DNA of 63,993 bases, counting the filler, from Chiloscyllium plagiosum (lineage: Eukaryota), in NCBI RefSeq assembly GCF_004010195.1. It is 4 parts of one record of this genome, joined end to end, with 100 filler letters (N's around TTAATTAATTAA, not from the genome) between each part and the next. Parts side by side here need not be neighbours in the genome. Positions count along the whole stretch, not along the records: positions 26,221 to 47,058 come from NC_057711.1; 3 more parts are not named here. One strand, written 5' to 3'. This document shows positions 26,121 through 39,430 of this stretch, piece by piece. The number at the start of each line of letters is the position of its first letter. Position 1 is the stretch's first letter. Below the pieces are notes generated by a model, which was not told the DNA's origin, searched no databases, and was given only the letters and a program-made list of their open reading frames with translations. The translations under genes were made by a program, and so were the position numbers.

Positions 26121-26220
26121 NNNNNNNNNNNNNNNNNNNNNNNNNNNNNNNNNNNNNNNNNNNNTTAATTAATTAANNNNNNNNNNNNNNNNNNNNNNNN
26201 NNNNNNNNNNNNNNNNNNNN
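26121..26220. other. Assembly gap with six-frame-stop spacer
   Basis: N44-TTAATTAATTAA-N44. Confidence 0.95.
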
Positions 26221-26339
26221 GTGCATGTGCCCGAAACGTCGAATCTTCTGTTCCCTAGATGCTGTCTGACCTGCTGTGCTGTTCCAGCAATAAAGTTTCA
26301 GCTTTGATCTCCAGCGTCTGCAGACCTCACTTTCTCCAT

Positions 26340-26950
26340 GGGAAGGCATTGGCCTAGTGGTATTATCGTGAGACAATTAATCTGGAAACTCAGCTAATGT
26401 TCTGGAGAATGGGGTTTGAATCCTGCCATGGCCGATGATGGAATTTGAAATCAATTTTGAAAAAAACTGGAATTAATAACCGACTGATGACCATGAAATC
26501 ATCATCGATTGTTGGAAAAACCCATCTGGTTCACTGATGTCCTTCAGAGAAGGACATCTGTCACCCTTAGGAGAGTCTGGCCTGTATGTGTCTCCAGATC
26601 CACAGCAATGTGGTTGACTCTGAGCAAGCCATTCAGTTGGATCAATCGCTACAAAGTCTCAAAGAAATGAAACTGGATGGATCACATGGCAGCAGAAAAA
26701 ACAACTGCAGAAACAGCCCTGTCGACCCGGCAACGTCATCCTTATTAACAGCTGGGAACTAGTGCCAAAATTGGGAGAGTTGTCTCATGCACTGGTCAAA
26801 CAACTACCTGACATAGCCATGCTCTCAGAATCGCACCTTAGAATCAGAAATGGTTCAAGAAGGCAGCTGACTATGATGTTCTCAAAGGCAACTGGAGATT
26901 AGTAACAAATATGCCCAGTGATGCCCACATCCCACAAATGAATAAAAAAG
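26340..26950 (+). mobile_element. Chimeric element: tRNA-SINE head + central domain + APE endonuclease N-terminus + L2-like 3' tail
   Basis: Frame near 26720-26842 reads NVILINSWELVPKLGELSHALVKQLPDIAMLSESHL, then TGGTTCAAGAAGGCAGCT..CCCACATCCCACAAATGAATAAAAAA. Confidence 0.7.
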
Positions 26951-27229
26951 TTGTAAGAAGATTTATACTCTAGAATTTTGTAAATCACGTCATAATGTAT
27001 TTCTGATGAAGTGCAGCAACTTGAGATGCAGCATGCATCACCACAACAGTTGGAAGTCCAGGGGACAAGTGATGAGCCTTAATCATCTTCAAGATTGTGC
27101 TCAGTTTCTTCTTTGTGAGCAGTATGTTGCAACCTAGCTCCTTCACTTTTGGGATCTTAACAGTACTCTATGGAACTCGATGTAATAGGTGCTTGCCTTG
27201 TAACCATTCACTCTATACAAGTGCCGTGG

Positions 27230-27950
27230 GAAAATATAACCTTTGCCCCATTGCATTCAGTGGCATTTTGATAACTGAATACTCCAGTATCAACATCCAG
27301 GAGGTTACAATGGGCCAGGAGCAAAACTGGACTAGCCATATAAATACTGTGACTGCAAGCTCAGGTCAGAAGCAAAGAATCCTGCAGAGTGTAACTCGCC
27401 TTTAGTCATGATTTGGAGATGCCGGTGTTGGTCTGTAGTGTGTAACTAACCTCCTGACTCACCAAAAACTGTCCCATCTTCAAGGCACAATTCAGGTGAT
27501 GGAATGCTCCCCAGTTGCCTGGATGAATACAGCTCCAGTATTACTGAAGAAACTTGACACTATCTAAGGTAAAGCAGCTCATTTGATTGGCACCGCATGC
27601 AGAAATGTTCATTCCCTTCCCCTTCAGCAGACAGTCACAACTGTGTGTACCATCAACATGATGCACTGCAGAAGTTCCCCAAGACAGCACCCCCCCAAAC
27701 TCGTGACTACTTCCATCTGGAAGGCAGCAGCAATGTTGCAATATTATCACTTAAATGTTTCACTCGAGCCATTCTGACTTGGAAATCGATCAATGTTCCT
27801 TCAGTGTTGCTGCGTCAAGATCCTGGAACTCCTCCCTAATGTCATTGTCTGTCTATGTACACGAAGTGGACTATACTGGTTCAAGAAAATGACTCACCAC
27901 CATCTTGAGGATAATTAGAGATGGGCAACAAAAATTGTTCCAGTCGTAAA
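27230..27950 (+). mobile_element. L2/CR1-like LINE 3' part
   Basis: ITEYSSINIQEVT..NWTSHINTV; tail TGGTTCAAGAAAATGACTCACCACCATCTT. Confidence 0.75.
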
Positions 27951-28185
27951 TAAAAACAAACACTCAATTGAGAGGTTAGAATTCTGACAGTTGAATTATT
28001 GATGTGAGCAATTGAATCAATCTGTATTAGGATCTGAAATTTTGAAGGGGAATTACTTGGATGCGTTATCCAGTGACTTGTGTCAAAACAAAGTAATTTC
28101 TACTCACCAATCACCTACCGTCTACAAGATGCAAGTTTATAAATATCTATTCCTGGGAGGCAGTGTTGCACCACATAGCCCAAGT

Positions 28186-28480
28186 TTAGATTAGATTAGA
28201 TTTCCTGCAGTGTGGAAACAGGCCCTTTGGCCTAATAAGTCCACACCAACCGTCCGATGAGCAACCCACCCCCCTCTGTCTAATGCACCTAACTCTATGG
28301 GTAATTTAACATAGCCAATTCACCTGACCTGCACATCTTTGGACTGTGGGAGGAAACTGGAGGAAACCCACTCAGACATGGGAGAATGTGCAAACTCCGC
28401 ACAGACAGTCACCCGAGGCTTAAATTGAACATGGGACCCTGGTGCTATGAGGCAGCAGTTCCAACTACTGAGCCACCGTA
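28186..28480 (-). mobile_element. HE1-type V-SINE
   Basis: (TTAGA)n tail, V-domain, tRNA head. Confidence 0.85.
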
Positions 28481-29013
28481 CTGTTTAGTGTGGGTTTGTC
28501 AAGACATGTCATGATGGCAATGCAGATTTATAAGCCACAATATAAAGCAAGTTCTACATGTATGATATGGTCTGACCAATGATACAGCTCTCTCAAAGCT
28601 GATGAGGACCATTTTAGTTTGAAGTACATTTGAAGGCCAGCCAATTCAGAAAAACTTCACCTGTTGCCTAATGTTTGCGATGCAGGTAACTTGGAATTTG
28701 CAGTGTATGGAATGAGTTAATTACGTTCCTATCTTTCATTCATCTGGTGGTAAGAAAGGCGCAAGTTAGTTTTTCCTCCCTTCACAGTTGCATGCATGTG
28801 AACATTATTGTCAGATGTCTCTTATTTCAAGCTATCCTTAAAACTACCTTTCTTGATTTGGTTATTCAAAGTATTCCTTTTAATGAATGCCAAAAATGTG
28901 TGCACTGTATTGTAAGATGCCATATTTCCAATAGGTTGGAGAGATGAACATGCTATTGGGCACTTGGCTTTAATTCACAGTTGACTGACCGCAACCCTGA
29001 TTTGCCCTTCTAG

Positions 29014-29099
29014 TTTCCCAAGTGATCCTCTTGGTGGAATCCTCTTTTGGGACCATCTTGAAGTTCTTCGTTTTGGCTTCAGGGATTTAGTCAATAAAT
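29014..29099 (+). CDS. Weak candidate internal exon (phase 2 to 1): FPSDPLGGILFWDHLEVLRFGFRDLVNK
   Basis: CTGAC branch-like motif, TTTGCCCTTCTAG acceptor, weak GTAATG donor; phases bridge the neighbouring candidates. Confidence 0.25.
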
Positions 29100-29782
29100 G
29101 TAATGGATTTTTCATGATTCAATGAGTTGCTTGAAAAATGTTTTGCCCAGTCCTTCACTTCGAAAGTAGTTTTTATTTGAATAAAAATAAGCATTTTATT
29201 GTCCTGTTTAGCTTTGACATAAATTTCTTTGGAGGTCCATTACAGTTCTAATGAAAATGATAGCATCAGAATTGTTTTTGGCTGCTCAAGTTTGTATGCA
29301 GGTTAATTTCTTGCACACTATGTTGCTTCCTATGGAACTAGGAGGCTGAGCTTGTCAGTGTTCTTTTGAATGTCAGTGGGAATTGTTTGTGCAAAGAAAA
29401 ATTCGGCTTTATTTGTCTGTACAAGGGGCAGATCAAATTATTTTGCCAAGCATCTCATGTGCTGGTATATTTGCGTCCTTCGATTCCTGTATGCTCAAGA
29501 TTTATATTCAAGGATATATGGCAGATTACTCCCATATTTTAATCTATTTAATTGGACTAAGAAATCATTTGCAAAGATCCAGAGTAGCAGGAGAGTTTCT
29601 TCAAATATCCTGGCCATGTTCTTCAAACAGAATAAATGGGAGTAAATTTTAACCATTTGTTACAGAGCGTAAATGGGCTCCAGTATTTGCCTATGTTATA
29701 AAGTAACTTCATTGAGTTGTTCTAAAGATGTTAAAAGCACCACATAAATGCAAGAGTTTTTTTGTCTGTTACTGGGTTTTAA

Positions 29783-30110
29783 CACAGCAGCTCAGTGGTT
29801 AGCACTGCTGCCTTACAATGCCAGGGACCCGGGTTCGATTCCCACCTTGGGCGACTGTGTGGAGTTTGCACATTTTCCCCATGTCTGCATGGGTTTCCTC
29901 TGGGTGCTGCAGTTTCCTCCCACAATCCAAAGATGTGCAGGTCAGATGGATTGGCCATGCTAAATTGCCCATGGTGTTAGGTGTGTTAGTTAGGGGTAAA
30001 TATAGGGGAATGGGTCTGGGTGGGTTGCTCTTTGGAGTGTCGGTGTGGACTTGATGGGCCGAAGAGCCTATTTCCATACTTTAGGGAATCTAATCTAATC
30101 TAATCTAATC
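29783..30110 (+). mobile_element. HE1-type V-SINE
   Basis: Head, V-domain, (AATCT)n tail. Confidence 0.9.
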
Positions 30111-30294
30111 AAACACTTGGGGGTGAAGATTACAAGCAGTCAAACAATACCATTCATAAATCTTTTACCTGTAAAAATCTCACTGTTAATCTGTGAACGT
30201 CTAATTGAATTTAAGGCACTGAGCTGTTTATTTGTCTTATTATATTCTTTGTTACTTCCATAATCTGCCTTTAAAACATTATTAAAACATAAAT

Positions 30295-30577
30295 CATAGA
30301 ATCCCTACTGTGTGGAAGCAGGCCCATTGAGTTCACACCAATCCTCCAAAGAGTATCCCACTAAGACCCACCCACTACTACTCTATCCCTGTAACCCTGC
30401 GTTTCCCATGGCTAATCCACCCAGCCTATGCATAGTTGCGGAAGAAAATCGGAGCACCTAGAAAAAAACCTGCAAAGACATTGGGTGGCTTCTGCATAGT
30501 CTTGTGAGGATGGAATTGAACCTGAGTCCTTGGTGCCCAGAGACAGCAGTGGTAGCCACTGAATCACCATGCCACCC
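30295..30577 (-). mobile_element. Degenerate HE1-type SINE
   Basis: Ends GCCACTGAATCACCATGCCACCC. Confidence 0.7.
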
Positions 30578-31379
30578 TATGTCCGATGACTGTTTGGATG
30601 TAATTCCTACATAGTGCACCTCAAAGTTCATACCATGGTATACAATGTAGATGAAGGTTTCCCCTATAAGGGTCCAAGTGGGGTTGTGTTGGGTTTCTGG
30701 TTTGCAGTCAGTAATTGGCTGATGTTTAGGTGGTTTGAGTCACCCTCCAGATCACTGCTTCTTACACTGGACTTAGGGGATGCAGAAAGCAGTAGGCAGG
30801 TGCTTCAGGGCAAAATAATCTGTTTATATTTAAATACAAATTAATGTAGATATAATGCAAGAAATAAAAGGCATTTTGACAGATCTTATCTTTTTCTGGA
30901 GTAAATGAGTAACATTTGTAATAAATGAGAGACAAATTAGAATGTGTTACCATACTTGCAAAGTGCTCATGTATTGATTTGCAAGCATCTTTCGCAAACC
31001 ACATTCAGGTGTTTGGCTTTGTTCTCACAATTCTGTGGGGAATGTTGGCTCAAATGATTGCCAAATTTTATGCACTGTCAGCGTGATGTTAATCTATCTC
31101 TGGAATAATGGGAGGCAAGGGAAAAATAGCTTTCTGCTTTGAAGTTGCTGTTCATGGATTTGATCTGGCTGTTTCTTTGTGACCTTAGTTACATTGGGAA
31201 ACACATTGAGTCTATCACATGATTCAAGCAGTTTGTAATCTCCTTCTGACCAAACACTGAAATGTATTTGCTTGTTAATTTGCTTTATTGATCTGTTGGC
31301 GATCACCATTTCTCCTTATGGTTTTGCAAAAAGCAATTGTCTTTGCATTAATACAGACATGTCATCTTCCTTCCTACAG

Positions 31380-31596
31380 GCAAACCTAAAGCAACTTTAA
31401 GGCAACCGGAGTGTACTAACCAGCCAGGCAAAGGAAGCCGCAGGACTCCAATGCCTACAAGAGGAAAAGGAAGTGTGCAAGGAGCAAAACCTGGTTTGGG
31501 AAGAGATGTGCTTTCAGATTCTAAAATACACGTCCCAATTGCTGGTATACTGAAGGATGCTTCAATTCATAAACCTCTGCCTGTTACCATCAATAG
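31380..31596 (+). CDS. Internal coding exon of an unidentified gene (phase 1 to 2): KPKATLRQPECTNQPGKGSRRTPMPTRGKGSVQGAKPGLGRDVLSDSKIHVPIAGILKDASIHKPLPVTIN
   Basis: Strong TCTTCCTTCCTACAG acceptor, AG|GTAAT donor, exactly one frame open across 217 nt, unique sequence. Confidence 0.65.
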
Positions 31597-31755
31597 GTAA
31601 TATTTAATATCATCATTCATTAAAAGAGTTAAAGGGAAGATCACATGTTTGAACAGCGGGAACGTCTTGTATTGAACAGCTAACTATTTAGCTTGGTAGA
31701 TTGTAACTTGTGAAAGTTTGAACAGCAGGGCCCAGTTAACCTCTAAGGTTGCAGA

Positions 31756-33955
31756 CCATAATTTGATTAGTTTTAAAATAGTGATGGGAAAGGATAGACC
31801 AGATCTAACAATTGAATTTCTGAATTGGAGGAAAGCTAATTTTTATGGTATTAGGCAAGAATTTTCAAAAGCTGACTGGGGGTAGATGTTCACAGGTAAA
31901 TGGACGGCTGGAAAATGGGAAGCCTTCAGAAATGAAACAACAAGAGTCCAGAGAAAGTATGTTCCTTTAGGGTGAAAGGAAAGACTGGTAGGTGGAGGGA
32001 ATGCTGGATGACTAAGGACATTGAGAGTTTGGTTAAGAAAAAGAAGGAAACATTTGTCAGATATAGACAGGGTAGATCGAATTATCCTTCGAGTCTAAAG
32101 GCAGTAGGAGTATACTTAAGAGGGAAGTCAGGAGGGTAAACAGGGGACAGAGGTAGCTTTGGCAAATAGAATTAAGGAGAATCCAAAGGGTTTTTACAAA
32201 TACTTTAAGGACAAAAGGGTAACAAAGGAGAGAATGGGACCCTCAAAGATCAGCAAGGCAGCCTTTGTATGGAACCGCAGGCGATGAGGGAGATACTAAA
32301 CGAGTACTTTGCATCAATGTTTACTGTGGAAAAGAACATGAAAGATATAGAATGTAGGGAAACAGATGGTGACATCTTGAAAAAATGCCCATATTTTAGA
32401 GGAGGAAGTGCTGGATGTCTTGAAATGCATAAAAGTGGATAAATCCCCAGGACCTGATCAGGTGTATCCTAGAACTCTGCGGGAAGCGAGGGAAGTCATT
32501 ACTGGGCCCTTTGCTGAGATATTTGTATCATCAATAGTCACAAGTGAAGTGTCGGAAGACTGGAGGTTGCCTAATGTCGTGCCACTGTTTAAGAAGGGCG
32601 GTAAGGACAAGCCAGGGAACTGACCTTGTTGGAGGGAATCCTGATGGGCAGGGTGTGCATGTATTTGGAAAGGCAAAGACTGATTAGAGAAAGTCAACAT
32701 GGCTTTGAGCATGGGAAATCATGTCTCATATAGTTGATTGAATTTTTTGAAGTAAGAAAGAGGCTTGATGAGGGCAGAATGGTGGACGTGATCTATACGA
32801 ACTTCAGGAAGGCATTCGACAAGGTTCCCCATGGGAGACTGAGTAGCAATGTTAGATCTCACGGAATACAGGGAGAACTAGCCATTTGGATATGGAACTG
32901 GCTCAAAGGTAGAAGACAGAGGGTGGTGGTAGAGGGTTGCTTTTCAGACTGGATGCCTGTGACCAATAGAGTGCCACAAGGATCGGTGCTGGGTTCACAA
33001 CCTTTCGTCATTTGTATAAATGATTTGGATGTGAGCATAAGAGGTACAGTTAGTAAGTTTGCAGATGACACCAAAATTGGAGGTGTAGTAGACAGTGAAG
33101 AGGGTTACCTCAGATTACAACAGGATCTGGACCAGCTGGGCCAATGGGCTGAGGAGTGGCAGATGGGGTTTAATTCAGATAAATGCAAGGTGCTGCATTT
33201 TGGGAAAGCAAATCTTAGCAGGACTTAGACACTTAATGGTGTCTAACAAAGAGACCTCGGAGTGCAGGTTCATAGCTCCTTGAAAGTGGAGTCGCAGGTA
33301 GATAGGATAGTGAAAAAGGCGTTCGGTATGCTTTCCTTTATTGGTCAGAGTATTGCGTATAGGAGTTGGGAGGTCGTGTTGCAGCTGTACAGGACATTAG
33401 TTAGACCACTGTTGGAATATTGCGTGCAATTCTGGTCTCCTTCTTATCGGAAAGATGTTGTGAAACTTGAAAGGGTTCAGAAAAGCTTTTGCCAGGGTTG
33501 GAGGATTTGAGCTATAGGGAGAGGCTGAGCAGGTTGGGGCTGTTTTCCCCAGAGAGTTGGAGGCTGAGGGGTGACCTTACAGAGGTTTACAAAATCATGA
33601 GGGGCATGGATAGGATAAATAGACAAAGTGTTTTCCCTGGGGTTGGGGAGTCCAGAACTAGAGGGTATAGGTTTAGGGTGAGGGGGGAAATATATAAAAG
33701 AGACCTATGGGGCAACCTTTTCACACAGAGGGTGGTACGTGTATGGAATGACTTGCCAGAGGAAGTGGTGGAGGCTGGTACAATTGCAGCATTTAAGAGG
33801 CATTTGGATGGGTATATGAATAGGAAGGGTTTGGAGGGATATCGGCTTGGTGCTGGCAGGTGGGACTAGATTGGGTTGGGATATCTGGTCGGCATGGACG
33901 GGTTGGACCGAAAGGTCTATTTCCTTGCTGTACATCTCGATGACTCTATGACTCT
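31756..33955 (+). mobile_element. HER1/CR1 LINE, 5'-truncated, frameshifted ORF2
   Basis: KSPGPDQVYPR, FRKAFDKVPH, VPQGSVLG, KFADDTK, and full tail. Confidence 0.95.
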
Positions 33956-34847
33956 GAGGTATGATGATCAACAGCGGTTGACCATGGTTGCCACTTGGCC
34001 AGCTTTTAATTTCAAGATTTTTATTGAATTAGAGTTACATCACCATTAACACCATTGCCTCACCCTAATTTATCAAAATGATATCTGGACTTGATAGACT
34101 AAATTATGAAGATAGATTATACAAACTTGAATTGTATTCTCGAAATTTAGAAGGTTGAAGGATGATTTGATTGAAGGTTTTAAGATGACTAGTACAAGAA
34201 ATAAGCTAGACCGTTTTGGAACAATTTTCACTGGCTTGAGGAGTCTATGAATAAAGGACATAGAACTGGATCTAATTGTTGGGCTGTCAGGAATAAAATT
34301 CAGAAACATTTATTCACACTTAGTGTTGTGTAAGTTCGAAGTCTCTTCAATGAATAGCAGTTCACGTCTCATCAATTGAGTTCTAAAACAGAGATTAATA
34401 GTTTTTTTTATTAGAAAAGATATCAGCATATTCAGTTATATGAAGTTTGGATGCAAATCAACGATAACAACTTTATAAGGCAGCGTAGCCTTAACTTCAT
34501 CGGAACCAAATAGGCTTTAAGTTATAAATTTAATGGCTGTTGAATGTAGTTTATATTTGAGATGAATTACTGTTTCTTACTGGGAGAATATTCTATCTGG
34601 AAGTGAAAATCCAGAAATGTTTCTTATTCCTGTAGCAGATGCTCACCTAGGCTCAGCAAATGAAAGAAAATCTAAGGGGAGGTGTTCTCTACTCGGAGCA
34701 TCTAATTTTTCAGTATCTGCTATGTGCAGATCATTCACTGGCTGCAGGAGCTGGAAAATAACTGCAGAATTTACTCAGCATATAGCATATTTAGGTTTTG
34801 CTATAATTTATTAAATGTATTTCATCCTATTTGAATTGTTTTTGTAC

Positions 34848-35077
34848 TTGACTTGAAAACTCGTGTTTCAACTTATTTACTTCGGAACTAAAGATTTTGC
34901 AAATCAATTTTCAATGTAAAAGATCTTAATTTCAGTAGTGCATCCATGAGTTTTTGAAGTTTATCCAACAAAAACTCATGGATGCACTATTGAAATTAAG
35001 ATCTTTTACATTGAAAATTGATTTGCAAAATCTCTAGTACCGAAGTAAATATGTTGAAACATGAGTTTTCAAGTCAA
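34848..35077. repeat. Long inverted repeat: 109-bp arms, 12-nt spacer
   Basis: 34848-34956 versus reverse complement of 34969-35077: 5 mismatches, no indels. Confidence 0.95.
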
Positions 35078-35270
35078 ACCGGACAGAAACCGACCCTTTG
35101 TTCCAAAACGTCCATGCTGACCAAGTTTCCCAAACTAAATTAGACCCACTTGCTTGCATTTGACCCGTATCCCTTTAAACCTTTCCTATTCATGTACCTC
35201 TCCAAATGTCTTTTAAATGTTGTAACTGTACCTGCACCTACCACTTGCTCTGGCAGTTCATTCCACATGA
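35078..35270 (-). mobile_element. HER1/CR1 3' tail
   Basis: WNELPEQVVGAGTVTTFKRHLERYMNRKG. Confidence 0.8.
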
Positions 35271-38200
35271 GTGCAGCATTGCATTTCGTGGAAAGAACAG
35301 GCTTGTGAATAGTGTAGTGTAACCCAGAGGTCAGTGTGGCAATAAGCAGTGTGAGCTTGTATTTAACCAGTATGATCTGACTAAATCCATTGGAATTGTC
35401 TACTAAATCCACCCTTAGCAAATATTCAGTTGTAACTGCATATCTGGCCCAACAGCTTTTTAAAAAAATATGCAAAGTAGGCATGAATCACTTTTTGGCC
35501 AAAGTGCACAAAAGTTTGCATGACCCATTTAAAAGCTTTTTGCTGTTAACTGGATTAGTCTTTTTAATTACATAGATGGCATAATTGGGCTTCAACTGTC
35601 CCACTGTAGCAACACACTTGTTTGTACCTGTTTTCAATGATGAAGATTTGTTGATCACACAATATGCTGAATACATTTCCTTTTAGTTTGCCCTTCTATT
35701 TCAATGCAAATTGTATTAATGCTGTTAGATTTTGTTCTTCCATGCTAGTCTTTTTGAACAGATCAACATAGTCACATGGCTAAATGAATCAAATGTGCAA
35801 AATGCTCAGCATCTCCCAGATGGACAGCATCTATCTTGAATAACAGCATGTTGTTATTGTTTTATGCTCTCATTCGGAACCTTATCTTAACGTGCTTTTT
35901 TGGGTTGGTACTAAGTTATGATCTCATTCGTTATTAGCAAGCTTGCAACAAACTCTACAATCACAAAGAATAACCTCTGATCGTAACGCTTTAAAAAGCT
36001 GTTGGCAAGCTGTTTGTTGTCATTTTAGGCCTCTGAAATTGTGGTTACACTGTCAGCTCCTGTCAATTAAACTCGCATCTTAATTGAGATTTTAATGTTT
36101 GGAGTGTTACCATTTTAAGTTTACCCTCTTTTATTTCTTTTCACTTCAGAGTTGGTTCCTTTTTATATCCTTGCTTGTCATTTAAAGTGCCATTTCCCAT
36201 TTTAACATAGCTTGCTTTCTGGTTGAGTCTCATGCATTGAATCTTTAGGAATTGATTAATTACTGACCTCTGAGTGAAAGTGCCTCTGTACTGTAGTGAC
36301 CATAATGTCATAGAATTTCACATGCAATTTAAGGGAGAGAATTATGGGTCAGAGATTACTATTTTGAAGTATAAGGGCACGAAAGTAGAGCTGGCAGAAG
36401 TGAGCTCGCAAATTAGGTTAAGGGATATTCCAGGAAGTGCAGAACTTGTATGGTCCAACAAAAAAGATTCTCAAGGATGGACTCGCCATCCATGATTCAC
36501 TAAGAATGTCAAAGATAGTATCAGACTCAAAGAAAAGAATTCCTGAAAAAATTAATAAGGAGGAAAGAAGTGAGCCAAAAATTAACAGGAAAAATTCCAG
36601 CTAACTTTAAAACAAAAGTTAACAAAATTAGTGTCCATAAGAAAATGAGTCTGGGGAGTTAGTAATGCAAGATAAAGAGATGACAGGTGAATTGAATAGA
36701 GATTTTGCATCAGTCTTCTCTCTACAGTATACAAATAGCATCCCAGGAATGAAAAAGAATTAGAAGGAACTCAAGAAAATTCAAATTAACAGGGATGGAG
36801 TACTGAGTAAATTGTTTACTCGCAGTTCTAATAAGCCCCCACATGTTGATAGATTTCATCCATCTTAAAAACAAAAGTAGCCAGTGAAACAGTTGACGCG
36901 TTGGTTTTAATTTTCCAAAAAACATGACATTCAGGGAAGGTTACTTGTTTGAAAAATAGCGAATGTAACATGTTTATTCATAGAGAGGAGGCAGAAAGCA
37001 GCAATTGACAAGGCAGTTAGCTTGACACCTTTCAAAAATGTTACAAGAGGATATTTGTATAATTTCAGGGCAATAGGGTAGAGTCAACATATCAAAGGAA
37101 TTCATATTTTGAAGTTCTTTGAAGAAGTGATTTGTGTTGTAGGTGAAGGGGAACCAATAGATTTCAAACAATACAGCGCAGAACAGGCCCTTCGGCCCTC
37201 AATGTTGCACCGACCTATTCTCAGCTCAACCCCCCCGTCCCATCATCATCCATGTGCTTATCCAAGGATTGTTTAAATCTCCCTAATGTGGCTGAGTTGA
37301 CTACATTAGCAGGTAGGGCAGTCTACGCCCTTACCACTCTCTGTGTAAAGAACCTGCCTCTGATGTCTGTCTTAAATCTATCTCCCCCCAATTTGGAGTT
37401 ATGCCCCCTCGTACAAGCTGACATCATCATCCTCGGAAAAAGACTTTCACTATCTACCCTAGCTAATCCTCTGATCATCTTGTATGTCTCTATCAAATCC
37501 CCTCTTTGCCGCTGCCTTGCCAGTGAGAACAGACCCAAGTGTCTCAGCCTTTCCTCATAAGACATTCCCTCCAGACCAGGCAACATCCTGGTAAATCTCC
37601 TTTGCACCTTTTCCAATGCTTCCACATCCTTCCCGAAATATGGCGACCAGAACTGTACACAATATTCCAAGTGTGGCCGCACTAGCGTTTTGTATAGTTG
37701 CAGCATGATATTGCGGCTCCGGATCTCAATCCCTCTACGAATGAAACCTAACACACCGTATGCCTTCTTAACAGCACTATCAACCTGGGTGGCAACTTTC
37801 AGGGATCTATGTACATGGACTCCAAGATCCCTCTGCACATCCACACTACCAAAACTCTTTCCATTGATCCAGTTCTCTGCCTTCCTGTTATTCTTCCCAA
37901 AGTGCATCACCTCAAATTAACTGTATCTCAGCCCAATTCTGCAGTTTATCTAAGTTCCTCTGTAACCTGTAACATTCTTCCACACCGTCCACTACTCCAC
38001 CGACTTTAGTCTGCAAATTTACTAATCCATCCACTTATGCCTAGGTCTAAGTCACTTATGAAAATGACAAACAGTAGTGGTCCCAAAACAGGCCACTCGT
38101 AACCAGACTCCAGGCTGAATACTTTCCATCTAGCACCACTCTCTGCCTTCTTTCAGAAACCAGTTTCTAATCCAAACTGCTAAATCATCCTCCATTCCAT

Positions 38201-39338
38201 GCCTCTGCATTTTCTCCAACAGCCTACCATGTGGAACCTGATCAAAGGCTTCACTGAATCCATGTATACCACATCAACTGCCCTACCCTCGTCTACATGC
38301 TTGGTCACCTCCTCAAAAAACTCAGGTTTGTGAGACATGACCTGCCCTTGACGAAACCATGTTGACTATCTGAAATCAAATTGTTGCTTACTAGATGATT
38401 ATAAATCTTAACTCTTATAATATTTTCCAAAACCTTTCCTACAACAGAAGTAAGGCTCACTGGTCTATAATTACCTGGGTCATCTCTACTGTCCTTCTTG
38501 AACAAGGGCACAACATTTGCAATTCTCCAGTCCTCTGGTATTGAACCTGTAGATGATGACTCAAAAATCAAAGCCCAAAGGCTCTGCTATCTCCTCCCTA
38601 ACTTGCCAGAAAATCCCGGCCTAGGGGACTTGTCTACTTTCACTCCTTCTCTAATTGATAACACCTGTTGGTGACTAACCTCGATCCTTTCTTATCTAAT
38701 ATCTCTGACCTCATTCTTCTCCTCTACAATACTCTCCTTTTCTTGAGTGAAAACCGATGAGAAATGTTCGTTTAGCACCTCTCCACAGGGTCCACACTCA
38801 ACTTCCCACTTCTGTCTTTGGCTGGCCCTATTCCTATCCTTGTCATTCTTTTATTCCTCACGTACCTATTTCGGGTTCTCCTTTATTCTATTTGCTAAAG
38901 ACTGCTCGTGTCCTCTCTTTGCTCTTCTTAACACTCTCTTTAAATCCTTCTGAGCTGATCTGTAACTCTCCATCGCCTCATCTGAACCATCTTGCCTCAT
39001 CAACACATAAGCCTCCTTCTGCTTAACAAGAGGTGCAATTTCTGTAGTAAACCATGGTTCCCTTACCTTCCTCCCTGCCTGACAGGGACGTATCTATTAA
39101 GGGCACGCAATATCTGTTCCTTAAACCAGCCCCACATTTCCATTGTCTGCATCCCTTGCATTTTTCCACCCCGTTCTATGCATCCTAATTATTGCCTAAT
39201 CACATTATAATTGCCCTTGCCCCATCAATAACTCTTGAACTGTGGCATGTACCTATCCCTGCCCTTGCCCCATCAATAACTCGTGACCTGTGGCATGTAC
39301 CTATCCCTTTCCATCGCTAAACTAAACGCAATGGGATT

Positions 39339-39374
39339 ATTCCTGATGAAGGGCTTTTGCCCGAAACGTCGATT
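39339..39374 (+). ncRNA. Minimal type I hammerhead ribozyme motif (family A), intact core
   Basis: ATTC CTGATGA A GGGC tttt GCCC GAAA CG TC GATT. Confidence 0.7.
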
Positions 39375-39430
39375 TTGCTGCTCGTCGGATGCTGCCTAAA
39401 TTGCTGTGCTCTTCCAGCACCACTGATCCA
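39341..39430 (+). mobile_element. 90-bp hammerhead-bearing insertion (family A) with 13-bp TSD
   Basis: GCAATGGGATTAT at 39328-39340 and 39431-39443. Confidence 0.9.

Noticed and set aside
26165..26176. TTAATTAATTAA between N runs (also 47103 and 58233)
   Set aside because: Identical N44-12-N44 layout three times; a synthetic contig spacer with stops in all frames. Adjacency across these gaps is not guaranteed.
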